This document shows positions 9,353-18,235 of a DNA stretch of 64,000 nucleotides, one piece after another; within the stretch, counting starts at the first letter, position 1; every line of letters begins with the position of its first letter. Both the position numbers and the translations under genes were made by a program. The notes under the pieces were generated by a model. The model had not been told where the DNA came from and searched no databases. It was given only the letters and a program-made list of their open reading frames with translations. Origin of the DNA: Candidatus Bathyarchaeota archaeon (GTDB taxonomy: Archaea; Thermoproteota; Bathyarchaeia; 40CM-2-53-6). The stretch lies in contig CAWABQ010000028.1 in assembly GCA_963780265.1 (NCBI GenBank), positions 135,491-199,490 on the forward strand, given 5' to 3'.

Positions 9353-9784
9353 TCAAAGCAGTTTCAGAAAGAGATACCCGGAATACACGATTCGTAGAAA
9401 TAGTAATGCTATCGGAATACTCATTATGACCTCGGCGAGAGGGCCAAGAAATGAAAGACTGGATACGAAAAGGGCGAAAGCAACAAACAAAGTGGCACTC
9501 GCAACATAGTATGTTGTCTCAGAAAGCAAATATTCCACTAGGAGAGTTCCTTCTCGCGCAATTTCGGAACTAACGAAGAATAGAACCGTTGAGAACGTCA
9601 ATGCAAAAATGATTGAAGAAACACTTGGCAAGTTGCTTTGGAAGAACCCTATAATAAACGCAAGACTAGCAAAGGCAAAACCAGAAAGAGCCAGTGAATT
9701 ACTACATAAGGTGCTCAGATATTTCTCCGACATCTTTTCCTTCATTTTGCGCTGAAAGAAAGGTTTCATAACCAAATAGGCCAA
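9353..9784 (-). CDS. hypothetical membrane protein (4 TM)
   Basis: 143-aa hydrophobic ORF (LALSGFAFASLAFIIGFF, IIFALTFSTVLFFV, ATLFVAFALFVSSL, IMSIPIALLFL). Confidence 0.55.
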   Translation of the reverse strand: MAYLVMKPFFQRKMKEKMSEKYLSTLCSNSLALSGFAFASLAFIIGFFQSNLPSVSSIIFALTFSTVLFFVSSEIAREGTLLVEYLLSETTYYVASATLFVAFALFVSSLSFLGPLAEVIMSIPIALLFLRIVYSGYLFLKLL

Positions 9785-9905
9785 GCTTTTTGTCGCCCTT
9801 GTCAGATTTAAGACCTGTTAGGAAGGCGAAGGGATACACTTGCCCCAAGTGCAGGGTCCGAGTCTATGCGGGTGAGCAGCATGTTTGTGCTTGAGGTGAT
9901 GCTCA

Positions 9906-10028
9906 ATGTCTGAGAATAAGGAAGAGAAAAAGGAAACGAAGCGAATAAAAATACAAGAATCCAAACAGGATCGCTGTGAAAAATGTGGGGAACTGATGTT
10001 CAGTGGCGAGGAACACGCATGTGGTTAA
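9906..10028 (+). CDS. hypothetical mini zinc-ribbon protein (40 aa)
   Basis: MSENKEEKKETKRIKIQESKQDRCEKCGELMFSGEEHACG. It is the only one of three tandem C-x-K-C..GE-x-H/S-x-C units with an ATG. Confidence 0.3.
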   Translation: MSENKEEKKETKRIKIQESKQDRCEKCGELMFSGEEHACG

Positions 10029-10342
10029 GACTTGAAGGAAATAGCTATTGACCGACTACACACGTTTCGATGGTGCAAAGCAACGGTACTGCGCCAAATG
10101 CAAAGCCTATCACTACAGCGGCGAAAGTTGCCCTAACTCGTAAATACCAACCGGTCACCATTCGGTTGATTAGTAGGTTTCTGCTCATTCTCAACCTGAG
10201 CGGTGCAATTGACTGAAGCAAAGCGTGAGGTTAAGATCGGCAATCTGACCTTCCACGACTTTAGGCATCCGAAACCAAGCGCAACTTTTGCGACTGTAGA
10301 GAGAATGGTTCTGTGCACCGTAAAGGGGTTTGAGGGTCAAAA

Positions 10343-10675
10343 ATGACCAACGCCAACCGCGAAGAAGCGCTAAATATTCTTAAGAGCATGGGGGAATGGG
10401 AACATGTCGTCCGATTGTTGACCGACTTGCGAGTAGGCGGTACACAACCAAAGATTGACTATGAGTTCGGTCATGATCTGTATGATATTGGAAGCGAAAT
10501 CGATAGTTATGGCATTCTTACAGTGCGCTTTTTCGTGAAATCGGAAGTGGCATTGCTGAGAGTGAATGATCAGTTTGTTGATCTAGATGTTGAGGAGATC
10601 TGGAATCAAATCACGAATATCCCAAAGTGGTTAAATTTAGTCCATATTGTGGGAGAAATTAGTTCTGTTTCTTAG
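10343..10675 (+). CDS. hypothetical protein
   Basis: 110-aa acidic ORF with an ATG start and no recognisable motif. It lies upstream of hsdR. Confidence 0.45.
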   Translation: MTNANREEALNILKSMGEWEHVVRLLTDLRVGGTQPKIDYEFGHDLYDIGSEIDSYGILTVRFFVKSEVALLRVNDQFVDLDVEEIWNQITNIPKWLNLVHIVGEISSVS

Positions 10676-10752
10676 ATGCGTTCTGTATTGGCGTTAACCA
10701 CCTGTTCTCGCCCTCACTGTGATAGCTTCAACTTCGAACGAATTCTAGGAAA

Positions 10753-10785
10753 GAGAACCAAAAAACATCGGACAAAAACCGATGG
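10753..10785 (+). repeat. short IS-derived fragment, copy F
   Basis: GAGAACCAAAAAACATCGGACAAAAACCGATGG shares the AACCAAAAAACATCGGA 5' block with copy E. Confidence 0.4.
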
Positions 10786-10899
10786 CTCTTCTTGATGAGG
10801 AAGAACATCGACATTACTGCCTCAAAGACGATCAAGCCTGGCTTGGCAAAGACCTATCTTGAATACACGCCCGTACTGTAATCTCAAGCTGGAAGCTGT

Positions 10900-13713
10900 A
10901 TGGCCAGACGCTCGTCCGAATGGCGTACACGCAGAGAAAAAATCGATGTCTTGCTAAAGCGGTCTGGCTGGGACGTGGATGACAGAACTAAAGTTTACCA
11001 AGAAGTAGACACCAAGCAATCTGATTTCAAAGCTGGAAAATACAAGACAGTAACAGAAACGCTCAAGACACCAGAGGAGAAAGCATACGCTGATTATCTT
11101 CTCCTTGACGCTCATGGACTTCCATTGGCAGTAATAGAAGCTAAACGAACCGACAAGGAATACTTGTCAGGTGAGAAGCAGGCTGAAGGTTACGCCGATG
11201 ACATAAAGAAGCAGACTGGAAAAGACATTTTCATTTTTCTCACAAACGGCTATGAGATATGGTTCTGGAACAGACCGTTCGAGGCGCCGCGAGCAGCCAG
11301 CGGTTTCCATGACAGAAATTCCCTTGAACGTTTGCGTTTCCAAAATGAGAACAAGAAGGATTTCGCTGAGGTTCCCATAAAGCGAGAGATCATTGATAGG
11401 CCGTACCAGATTGAATCGGTTAAACGAATTCTTGAAGGAATCGATAAGGGAAAACGAAAGTTTCTTATCGTGCAGGCTACCGGCAGCGGAAAAACTCGCG
11501 TCGCTATGGCTTTGATTGATGTGTTGCTACAAGCGAATAGGGCTCAAAGAATTCTGTTTCTCGCTGACAGAAAGGAACTCAGAGACCAAGCGTACGGAGA
11601 CAACGGTTTCAAAGCTTTCTTCCCTCAGGAATCTAAAGTCAAAGTGTTCTCGGGGCAAGTTGACAAAACACCACGTCTTTACGCTTCAACCATCCAGACG
11701 TTCATGGAGTGTTATCAGGAGTTTTCTCCTGGTGACTTCGACGTAATCATCTCAGATGAGGCTCATCGCTCTATCTACAACAAATGGAAGGAAGTATTCA
11801 CTTACTTTGATGCAATCGAGATTGGGCTAACTGCCACGCCTTCCGATCTCATAGAACGTGATACTTTCCGATTTTTCAATTGCGAGCAGAACACTCCGAC
11901 CTATCTCTACGGCTACGAAGAAGCAGTCAAAGACCACGTCCTGTGCGATTATAAAGTGTTCAAAGCACAAACTCATTTTCAGATAGAGGGCATTCAACCA
12001 TCCGATGTTCCAGACTCAATCAAGAAGAAACTGCTTGAAGAACAAGGAGTCGTGGAGGAAGAAATTAATTTCGAAGGGACCGACATAGAGAAGAAGGTTG
12101 TCGTAATAGGAACTAACGAAGCAATCGCAAAGGAATTTATGGACGACTGCTTAACCGACGCAGCTGGACTACCTGCCAAGACAATTATCTTCGCCGTCTC
12201 GCAGAAACATGCGACCCGACTCTGGGAGGCATTTGAAAAGCTCTATCCGCAATACAAAGGACAACTCGCGAGGAGAATTGTGTCAGAGGACATGAGGGCA
12301 GATGAACTTCTGAAACAATTCAAGACTGACAGTTTTCCCAGAGTTGCCATCTCAGTTGGAATGCTCGATACTGGAGTGGACATACCTGAAGTATGCAACC
12401 TCGTTTTCGCAAAACCCGTATTTTCTAAGATACGATTTTGGCAGATGATTGGCAGAGGAACCCGCCATGAGAGCGTATGCAGGCATAAGGATTGGCTCCC
12501 TGAAGAGGGCAAAGAATACTTCCTGATTTTCGACTTCTGGAACAATTTTGAATGGCACAACATGCATCCAAAAGGCAAAGAATCGACTCCCAGCGACGCC
12601 ATTCCAACAAGGATTTTTCTTACTCGACTCCAACAGCTGAACTATTTGCTCGAAACTAAAGACACTCGCGCAGAACTCATCAAAGAAGAGATTACTCAAG
12701 ACATCAATTCACTGCCTCAAGATTCAATCTCCATAAGAGAACACTCACGCGATGTTGAGAAAGCACTCTCACCCAGCTTCTGGGAAAATGTGGGCCTCGA
12801 CCAAAACAAACTCCTAAAGACCAAGATTGCGCCATTAATGAGGTATCAAAAAGATGTCAACCTTAACGAGGCAGCATGGACACTAAAAATCGAACGATTG
12901 AACCTCGCGATTCTAAAGAACAATCAGGCTGAGAAAGAGAGAGTTAGAGACGAAATTGGCGAATGGCTCAACGCACTTCCCACAACGATTCAAGAAGTCA
13001 AGGCAAAACAAGAATTACTAGACAGAGTAGTGCGGCCCAACTTCTGGGCAACGGTGACCTTTGAGGATGCTCAAATGCTGCTTAAGGAATTCACTCCACT
13101 AATGAAATACAAAGAGTCAGAACCAAGACCCACAATAATCCTCGACATTGACGATATGCTTCAGAAAAGAGAGTTTATTGAATATGGACCCATCCCCACG
13201 GAAGAATATGTGAGCACTTACGTGGAGAAAGTCGAGAAGAGAATCAAGGAACTCGCTGAACAGCATCCCACTATCGAGAAGATCAAGCGCGACCAAGTCC
13301 TAAATGAAGAGGACCTTAGAAATTTGGAGAAGACACTGAACAGTCCGGAACTTTACATCACAGAGGAAACACTCCAGAAAGCGTACAGACAACACAAGGG
13401 CACAATGGTCCAATTCATCAAGAAGGTTCTAGGACTCTACGAGTTTCCTGACGCAAACAAGAGAATTGCTGATTCATTCAAAACCTTCGTCATTGAAAAG
13501 AACTATCTGAACTCAGACCAAGTTAATTTTCTGCGCACAATACAAACTGTATTCAGCAAGAAACATCACATAGAATATGACGATCTTTTCGATGCACCCT
13601 TTACAAACTTTGGAGTGAACTTTCCAGTCCCAGCTTTTGGGGAAGACGATTTGCGAGACGTAATTAACCTGTGTAACAGTCTAGAGGTGGAAGTATTCCA
13701 TGCTATCGCCTGA
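10900..13713 (+). CDS. hsdR: type I restriction enzyme, R subunit (HsdR, EcoEI-like C-terminus)
   Basis: N-terminal PD-(D/E)xK (YADYLLLDAHGLPLAVIEAKR), SF2 helicase motifs (IVQATGSGKT, ISDEAHRS, QMIGRGTR) and an EcoEI_R_C-like tail (NYLNSDQVNFLRTI). Its stop overlaps the hsdM start. Confidence 0.95.
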   Translation: MARRSSEWRTRREKIDVLLKRSGWDVDDRTKVYQEVDTKQSDFKAGKYKTVTETLKTPEEKAYADYLLLDAHGLPLAVIEAKRTDKEYLSGEKQAEGYADDIKKQTGKDIFIFLTNGYEIWFWNRPFEAPRAASGFHDRNSLERLRFQNENKKDFAEVPIKREIIDRPYQIESVKRILEGIDKGKRKFLIVQATGSGKTRVAMALIDVLLQANRAQRILFLADRKELRDQAYGDNGFKAFFPQESKVKVFSGQVDKTPRLYASTIQTFMECYQEFSPGDFDVIISDEAHRSIYNKWKEVFTYFDAIEIGLTATPSDLIERDTFRFFNCEQNTPTYLYGYEEAVKDHVLCDYKVFKAQTHFQIEGIQPSDVPDSIKKKLLEEQGVVEEEINFEGTDIEKKVVVIGTNEAIAKEFMDDCLTDAAGLPAKTIIFAVSQKHATRLWEAFEKLYPQYKGQLARRIVSEDMRADELLKQFKTDSFPRVAISVGMLDTGVDIPEVCNLVFAKPVFSKIRFWQMIGRGTRHESVCRHKDWLPEEGKEYFLIFDFWNNFEWHNMHPKGKESTPSDAIPTRIFLTRLQQLNYLLETKDTRAELIKEEITQDINSLPQDSISIREHSRDVEKALSPSFWENVGLDQNKLLKTKIAPLMRYQKDVNLNEAAWTLKIERLNLAILKNNQAEKERVRDEIGEWLNALPTTIQEVKAKQELLDRVVRPNFWATVTFEDAQMLLKEFTPLMKYKESEPRPTIILDIDDMLQKREFIEYGPIPTEEYVSTYVEKVEKRIKELAEQHPTIEKIKRDQVLNEEDLRNLEKTLNSPELYITEETLQKAYRQHKGTMVQFIKKVLGLYEFPDANKRIADSFKTFVIEKNYLNSDQVNFLRTIQTVFSKKHHIEYDDLFDAPFTNFGVNFPVPAFGEDDLRDVINLCNSLEVEVFHAIA

Positions 13714-15181
13714 ACTGAAATCGCAGGTCAACAAACTCTGGGACAGGTTCTGGTCAGGAGGGATAGCCAACCCGCTTACTGCGATCGAACAGATGTCGTA
13801 CCTAATTTTCATGAAGCGCTTGGAAGACCTTGACAGTATTCACGCCAAGAGAGCTGCCATTAGAAAAGAGAAATTCAAGTCGATTTTTCAGGGACATGAG
13901 GACTGCCGTTGGTCACAGTGGAAGAACCTGAGTGCAGAGGCGATGCTAAAACACGTCTTGGGAGTCGTTTTTCCATTCATAAAGAATTTGACGAATGGCG
14001 ATGATGTCCTCTATTCGCAATATATGAAGGACGCAATGTTCGTCATCCCTAAGGCCTCTCTGTTGCAGGAGGCGGTCGCGATTATCGATGAGATGAACAT
14101 CACCGAAAGGAATCAAGACACACAAGGCGACATCTATGAGCACCTCTTGGCCGAACTCAAGACCTCGGGAAAGAATGGGCAATTCAGGACGCCACGTCAT
14201 ATCATCCGTATGATGGTCGAGCTTGTTGACCCTGACATAGGCCAGACGGTCTGTGACCCAGCGTGCGGCACGGCGGGGTTCCTTATTGCAGCATACGAGC
14301 ACATCTTGAGACGGTATACGAGCGATGAGATTGTCAGTGTGGACGAGGACGGTTCCGTGCATAACCTTTACGGAGACAAGATCATCGAGAAAGCTCACTG
14401 GGATCTTCTGAAACGCGAAACGTTCTTCGGATTCGATTTCGACACCACGATGATCCGCATTGGCCTTATGAACATGATATTGCACGGAATCGAGAGGCCC
14501 AACATTCGCTACTCGGACACGCTCTCGAAACGATTTGAACAGAAACCAATCTATGACATGGTATTTGCGAATCCTCCGTTTGCGGGTTCAATCGATAAGA
14601 GCGACATCAATGACACATTCAAACTGGACACGGCGAAGACAGAGCTTCTCTTTCTCGAACTGTTCTACAACCTCCTCAGAATGGGAGGTCGGGCTGCGGT
14701 TATTGTTCCCAATGGAGTTCTCTTCGGCTCCTCAAATGCTCACATTAAGGCGAGGCAATTACTTCTTGAGCAGTCAGAGCTTCAAGCCGTTGTTTCGATG
14801 CCCTCCGGAATCTTCCAACCCTATGCAGGCGTGAGCACAGCAGTCCTCGTTTTCGTAAAAGGAGGCAAGACGGAGAATGTCTGGTTCTATGAAATGAAAG
14901 CGGATGGCTATAGTTTGGACCAGAAACGTGATTTCATTGACGGCAAAGGCGACATACCTGACATCATCAAAGAGTTCAAAAGGCGTGCCAAATCGGCTCA
15001 GAGTATTCTTGTGCCCTTTTCAGAGATAAAGAAGAGTGACTACAATCTCTCCATATCACGCTACAAGAAGGTTGAGCATGAGGAAGTAGCGTACGAGGAC
15101 CCGGAAGTTTTGATTGAGAAAGTTTCGCAATTAGAGGAAGAGATTGCGAAGGATTTGCAGGAATTGAAAGCGATGATTTAG
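13700..15181 (+). CDS. hsdM: type I restriction-modification N6-adenine DNA methyltransferase (HsdM)
   Basis: HsdM N-terminal domain (LWDRFWSGGI), SAM motif (VCDPACGTAGFL) and catalytic FANPPFAGS. Confidence 0.95.
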   Translation: MLSPELKSQVNKLWDRFWSGGIANPLTAIEQMSYLIFMKRLEDLDSIHAKRAAIRKEKFKSIFQGHEDCRWSQWKNLSAEAMLKHVLGVVFPFIKNLTNGDDVLYSQYMKDAMFVIPKASLLQEAVAIIDEMNITERNQDTQGDIYEHLLAELKTSGKNGQFRTPRHIIRMMVELVDPDIGQTVCDPACGTAGFLIAAYEHILRRYTSDEIVSVDEDGSVHNLYGDKIIEKAHWDLLKRETFFGFDFDTTMIRIGLMNMILHGIERPNIRYSDTLSKRFEQKPIYDMVFANPPFAGSIDKSDINDTFKLDTAKTELLFLELFYNLLRMGGRAAVIVPNGVLFGSSNAHIKARQLLLEQSELQAVVSMPSGIFQPYAGVSTAVLVFVKGGKTENVWFYEMKADGYSLDQKRDFIDGKGDIPDIIKEFKRRAKSAQSILVPFSEIKKSDYNLSISRYKKVEHEEVAYEDPEVLIEKVSQLEEEIAKDLQELKAMI

Positions 15182-15182
15182 C

Positions 15183-16385
15183 ATGGATCTTCCGAACGGA
15201 TGGAGTGCAGTCAGACTGGGCGAAGTCTGCAGGGTCATGGATGTTGACCACAAGATGCCGAAGTCGCAGCCGAATGGAATACCGTTCATATCTGCTAAGG
15301 ACTTGGTGGGGAGCTCGTCCATTGACTTTAGCGAAACGAAATTCATTTCCGAAGAGGATTATCGTCGGCAGGCGAAAAAATGCGCTCCGAAAAAGAACGA
15401 TGTATTGTTCACTCGAATCGGAACGATAGGTGTCGCACGGTTAGTCAAGGACGACCGAAGATTCGGGATTTCCTATAGTCTATGTGTTGTCAGACCCTCA
15501 GAAAAAGTCGTGCCAGAGTATTTGGAGGCGCTGATGAACTCGGAAGTCGTCAAGAAGCAGGCGACAATGGGAACTCAAAGTATAGCCGTGCCCGATTTGG
15601 GCCTAAAACAGATAAGAGATTTCTTGATACAGCTTCCGCCTCTGAACGCTCAGAAAAGAATAACCAGCATTTATGAAAGAGCAACACGACTGAAGGACTT
15701 ACGCAGACAAGCAAACCAGCTTACCAGCAGAATCATCCAGTCAGTCTTTCTGAAGATGTTTGGAGATCCTGCAACGAATCCGAAGGACTGGCCAACTACA
15801 ACAATAGGAAATCATGCAAACATACGGTACGGAACTGGCAGCCCTCCTCGCTACGAAGAGAATGGAATACCGTTCGTTCGAGCTACAAATATCAAGATGG
15901 GCAGAATCGTCAGCCGTGAAATGAAATTCATTTCGGAAGAATCCACGAAGAGGATAGCGAAATGCAGGTTACAGAGCGGTAACCTCATTCTGGTGAGGAG
16001 CGGCGTAAATACGGGCGACTGTGCGTATGTGACAGACGATTACGACGGAGCGTATGCGGCTTACGATCTCATTCTAGATTTTGACAAGGACCTAAACAGC
16101 CGTTTTGTCTGGGCGATTCTGAACATGCCCCATGCAAGGAAAATCATGAAGTCGAGGAGCATCAGAGCGGCTCAACCTCATCTTAATGCTGGTCAGGTGT
16201 CCTCCATAGAAGTCCCGAAACCTCCAATTGAATTGCAAAGGAAGTTTGTGTCTTGGATAGAGAGAATCGATGGACTTGAGGCCAAACAAATGCGATCATC
16301 TCAAGAAATCAATCAACTCTTCAACTCTCTCATGCACAAAGCCTTCAGAGGAGAACTCAAGCGTGCGGAGACGAGAATTGCTTGA
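15183..16385 (+). CDS. hsdS: type I R-M specificity subunit (HsdS), two target-recognition domains
   Basis: Duplicated architecture with conserved spacers (LPPLNAQKRITSIYE..., VPKPPIELQRKFVSWIE...LMHKAFRGEL). It starts 2 nt after the hsdM stop. Confidence 0.9.
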   Translation: MDLPNGWSAVRLGEVCRVMDVDHKMPKSQPNGIPFISAKDLVGSSSIDFSETKFISEEDYRRQAKKCAPKKNDVLFTRIGTIGVARLVKDDRRFGISYSLCVVRPSEKVVPEYLEALMNSEVVKKQATMGTQSIAVPDLGLKQIRDFLIQLPPLNAQKRITSIYERATRLKDLRRQANQLTSRIIQSVFLKMFGDPATNPKDWPTTTIGNHANIRYGTGSPPRYEENGIPFVRATNIKMGRIVSREMKFISEESTKRIAKCRLQSGNLILVRSGVNTGDCAYVTDDYDGAYAAYDLILDFDKDLNSRFVWAILNMPHARKIMKSRSIRAAQPHLNAGQVSSIEVPKPPIELQRKFVSWIERIDGLEAKQMRSSQEINQLFNSLMHKAFRGELKRAETRIA

Positions 16386-16500
16386 TGTCGGTAGACGTGT
16401 GCTCGTTCAATTAGCCGAGCTAATCTAAATCACTTCGTTTTCTTGCGGCTTCATATCAACTTCTTTCGAAGTCTTGCTGCACTTAACAACCATAGGTACA

Positions 16501-16545
16501 GACGAACCAAAAAACACCTAACAAGAACCTATCAAACATAGAGCT
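16501..16545 (+). repeat. short IS-derived fragment, copy D
   Basis: GACGAACCAAAAAACACCTAACAAGAACCTATCAAACATAGAG. Confidence 0.4.
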
Positions 16546-16627
16546 ACTTGAATACTTGAATGGATAATGCAAACAAACAATCCACTCAGAACCGCAAGGT
16601 GTGCGACAACAATAGAACAAGACCTAA

Positions 16628-16936
16628 CGTAACCAAAAAACATCGGAAAAGAGAGCCTATGAGACAGAAAAATACGACTTTCGAGAGAGATTTCAATTCC
16701 AGAGTATTTTGCCTAGACGGTCTAACTGACATGTAAATCGCGAGCGACTAATGAGAACGCTAGAGAAGGGAGACACACCAATCTTAACGGGTATGCAAAT
16801 CTTCCACAACTACATTCGACCACACCAAGCATTGAACGGAAAGACACCCGCCGAACTAGCGGGAATAGAAATCCAAGGCGACAACAAGTGGCTTACCTTG
16901 ATTCAAAATGCGAGCCGTAAAACTGCAAAGTCTTAA
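16628..16936 (+). mobile_element. longest remnant of the IS (rve/IS6-like) transposase 3' half, copy E
   Basis: CGTAACCAAAAAACATCGG...ERDFNSRVF (decayed), then the intact-looking tail MRTLEKGDTPILTGMQIFHNYIRPHQALNGKTPAELAGIEIQGDNKWLTLIQNASR. No N-terminal or catalytic part is present. Confidence 0.6.
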
Positions 16937-16965
16937 GAACCTTTGCGACTGTACGGGGAGTCCCA

Positions 16966-17736
16966 TTGCGACAGCGAACCCGAACTTTAGTCATCATTCT
17001 CCTAGTTTCCTCAGCCTTGACGATAGAGCTAATTCCAAACGCAAGTAGCCAGCAATTTACCACATCTACCTCATTTCTTACAAGTTCGTTGACCCAAACT
17101 GTGACTCAGTATGTTCCAACCTCCACGATTGTAACCCAAGCCAGCATGACTAGCGCAACGACCAGCTTCCCACTTCAATCTGCACAAGGCGCATGCCTCT
17201 ACAATATCGCTTACTTCACGCTTACATTCAACACTACGGAGCCGTTGCAGATCAGTTACGACTTGCATCCTCTTAGCCTTCCATATTCTTCATACATAGA
17301 CATGTATATCGGGGGGTCCTACTTCCCAGGAAGTGGACCATTTACCCCATTTACCTTAAACGGGTCGCATTGTGTTCTAAATGGTTATTACCCTGCATTA
17401 TTCGGAAATTATTTCGGCCTTGTAGGGACTGGAACCGTGAATACGACCTCGGCGCTATCAAGTGGAACTTATGCAATACTTGTGGTAGCCTATGCGCCCT
17501 ATGCACCCTCAACGGTTACGTTGGCAATAACATTTCCAGCAGCAACCTACGCTACTACATCGTTCTTTTCCATGTCCATGATACTAACGACCAGTGGAAT
17601 GACAACTCTTACAACCTCAACCATCTTAGAAGTACCATTCATCCAAACCTATGGCTATTTGATAGTTGCTGCTGTAATTGCGGTGTTACTCGTTGGTCTA
17701 CTGTTGTTCACTCGACGAATGAGGCAGCTAAAGTGA
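16966..17736 (+). CDS. secreted S/T-rich protein with C-terminal membrane anchor
   Basis: Signal peptide (LVIILLVSSALTIELIPNASS), a T/S-rich ectodomain, and a C-terminal TM plus basic tail (LIVAAVIAVLLVGLLLFTRRMRQLK). Confidence 0.6.
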   Translation: MRQRTRTLVIILLVSSALTIELIPNASSQQFTTSTSFLTSSLTQTVTQYVPTSTIVTQASMTSATTSFPLQSAQGACLYNIAYFTLTFNTTEPLQISYDLHPLSLPYSSYIDMYIGGSYFPGSGPFTPFTLNGSHCVLNGYYPALFGNYFGLVGTGTVNTTSALSSGTYAILVVAYAPYAPSTVTLAITFPAATYATTSFFSMSMILTTSGMTTLTTSTILEVPFIQTYGYLIVAAVIAVLLVGLLLFTRRMRQLK

Positions 17737-17884
17737 AAGAATCCAAGCTTACCTAGGTGACGGTTTTTTACAGCCCCTTTCAAGACAGGGGAAAACGGTT
17801 AGGTGACGACATCTTGACGTTACCTCACTAAATCCGCTTTATTACGATCAGTTACGCAGAGTAACAATAGCCCATCCATTGAAC

Positions 17885-18235
17885 TCACACACCGTAAGTC
17901 GGATAGACTTGCTTGACTTCACCTTTCGAATCTACCCCTAGTAATACTAAGCCTAGTTTGTCGAAGACTTTAGAGTCAATGTGTTTTGCAGCGCGTAAGG
18001 TCGTAACCATCGCTACTTGGTCGTACCCGTAGGCTAATGCTTCGGATAGCTGTCCTATCCCGCGTGTAATATCGTCCCGAGGTGTTTTCAACTCCAAAGC
18101 CATCCTCCAGCCTTTCCCTAGAACCTCACCATCTATCGCCACATTACCCAATCGTATCGAACGCATCTGAACCTGCAATCCTTTGCTTCGGAAATGCTTT
18201 GAAACAGCCCACTTGAGCCAGCGGAGATTTGTCAA
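17885..18235 (-). CDS. small PD-(D/E)xK-like protein translationally coupled to the integrase
   Basis: The 116-aa ORF start overlaps the integrase stop by 4 nt. NVAIDGEV..WRMALELKT resembles the D..E-x-K core of Hjc/YraN-like nucleases. Confidence 0.45.
   Translation of the reverse strand: MTNLRWLKWAVSKHFRSKGLQVQMRSIRLGNVAIDGEVLGKGWRMALELKTPRDDITRGIGQLSEALAYGYDQVAMVTTLRAAKHIDSKVFDKLGLVLLGVDSKGEVKQVYPTYGV

Noticed and set aside
9336-9429. C-terminal tail of ORF 9214..9429 (KEFKAVSERDTRNTRFVEIVMLSEYSL)
   Set aside because: Similarity to the transposase ends at about 9335. The tail overlaps the convergent membrane-protein gene and is read-through.
11516-14485. Internal and antisense ORFs inside hsdR/hsdM (for example 11994..12179, 12243..12699, 13946..14485)
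   Set aside because: These are shadow ORFs within strongly supported genes. The same applies to 388..579, 804..1930, 22168..23247, 24389..25504, 40684..41464, 58136..58810 and 60787..61757.
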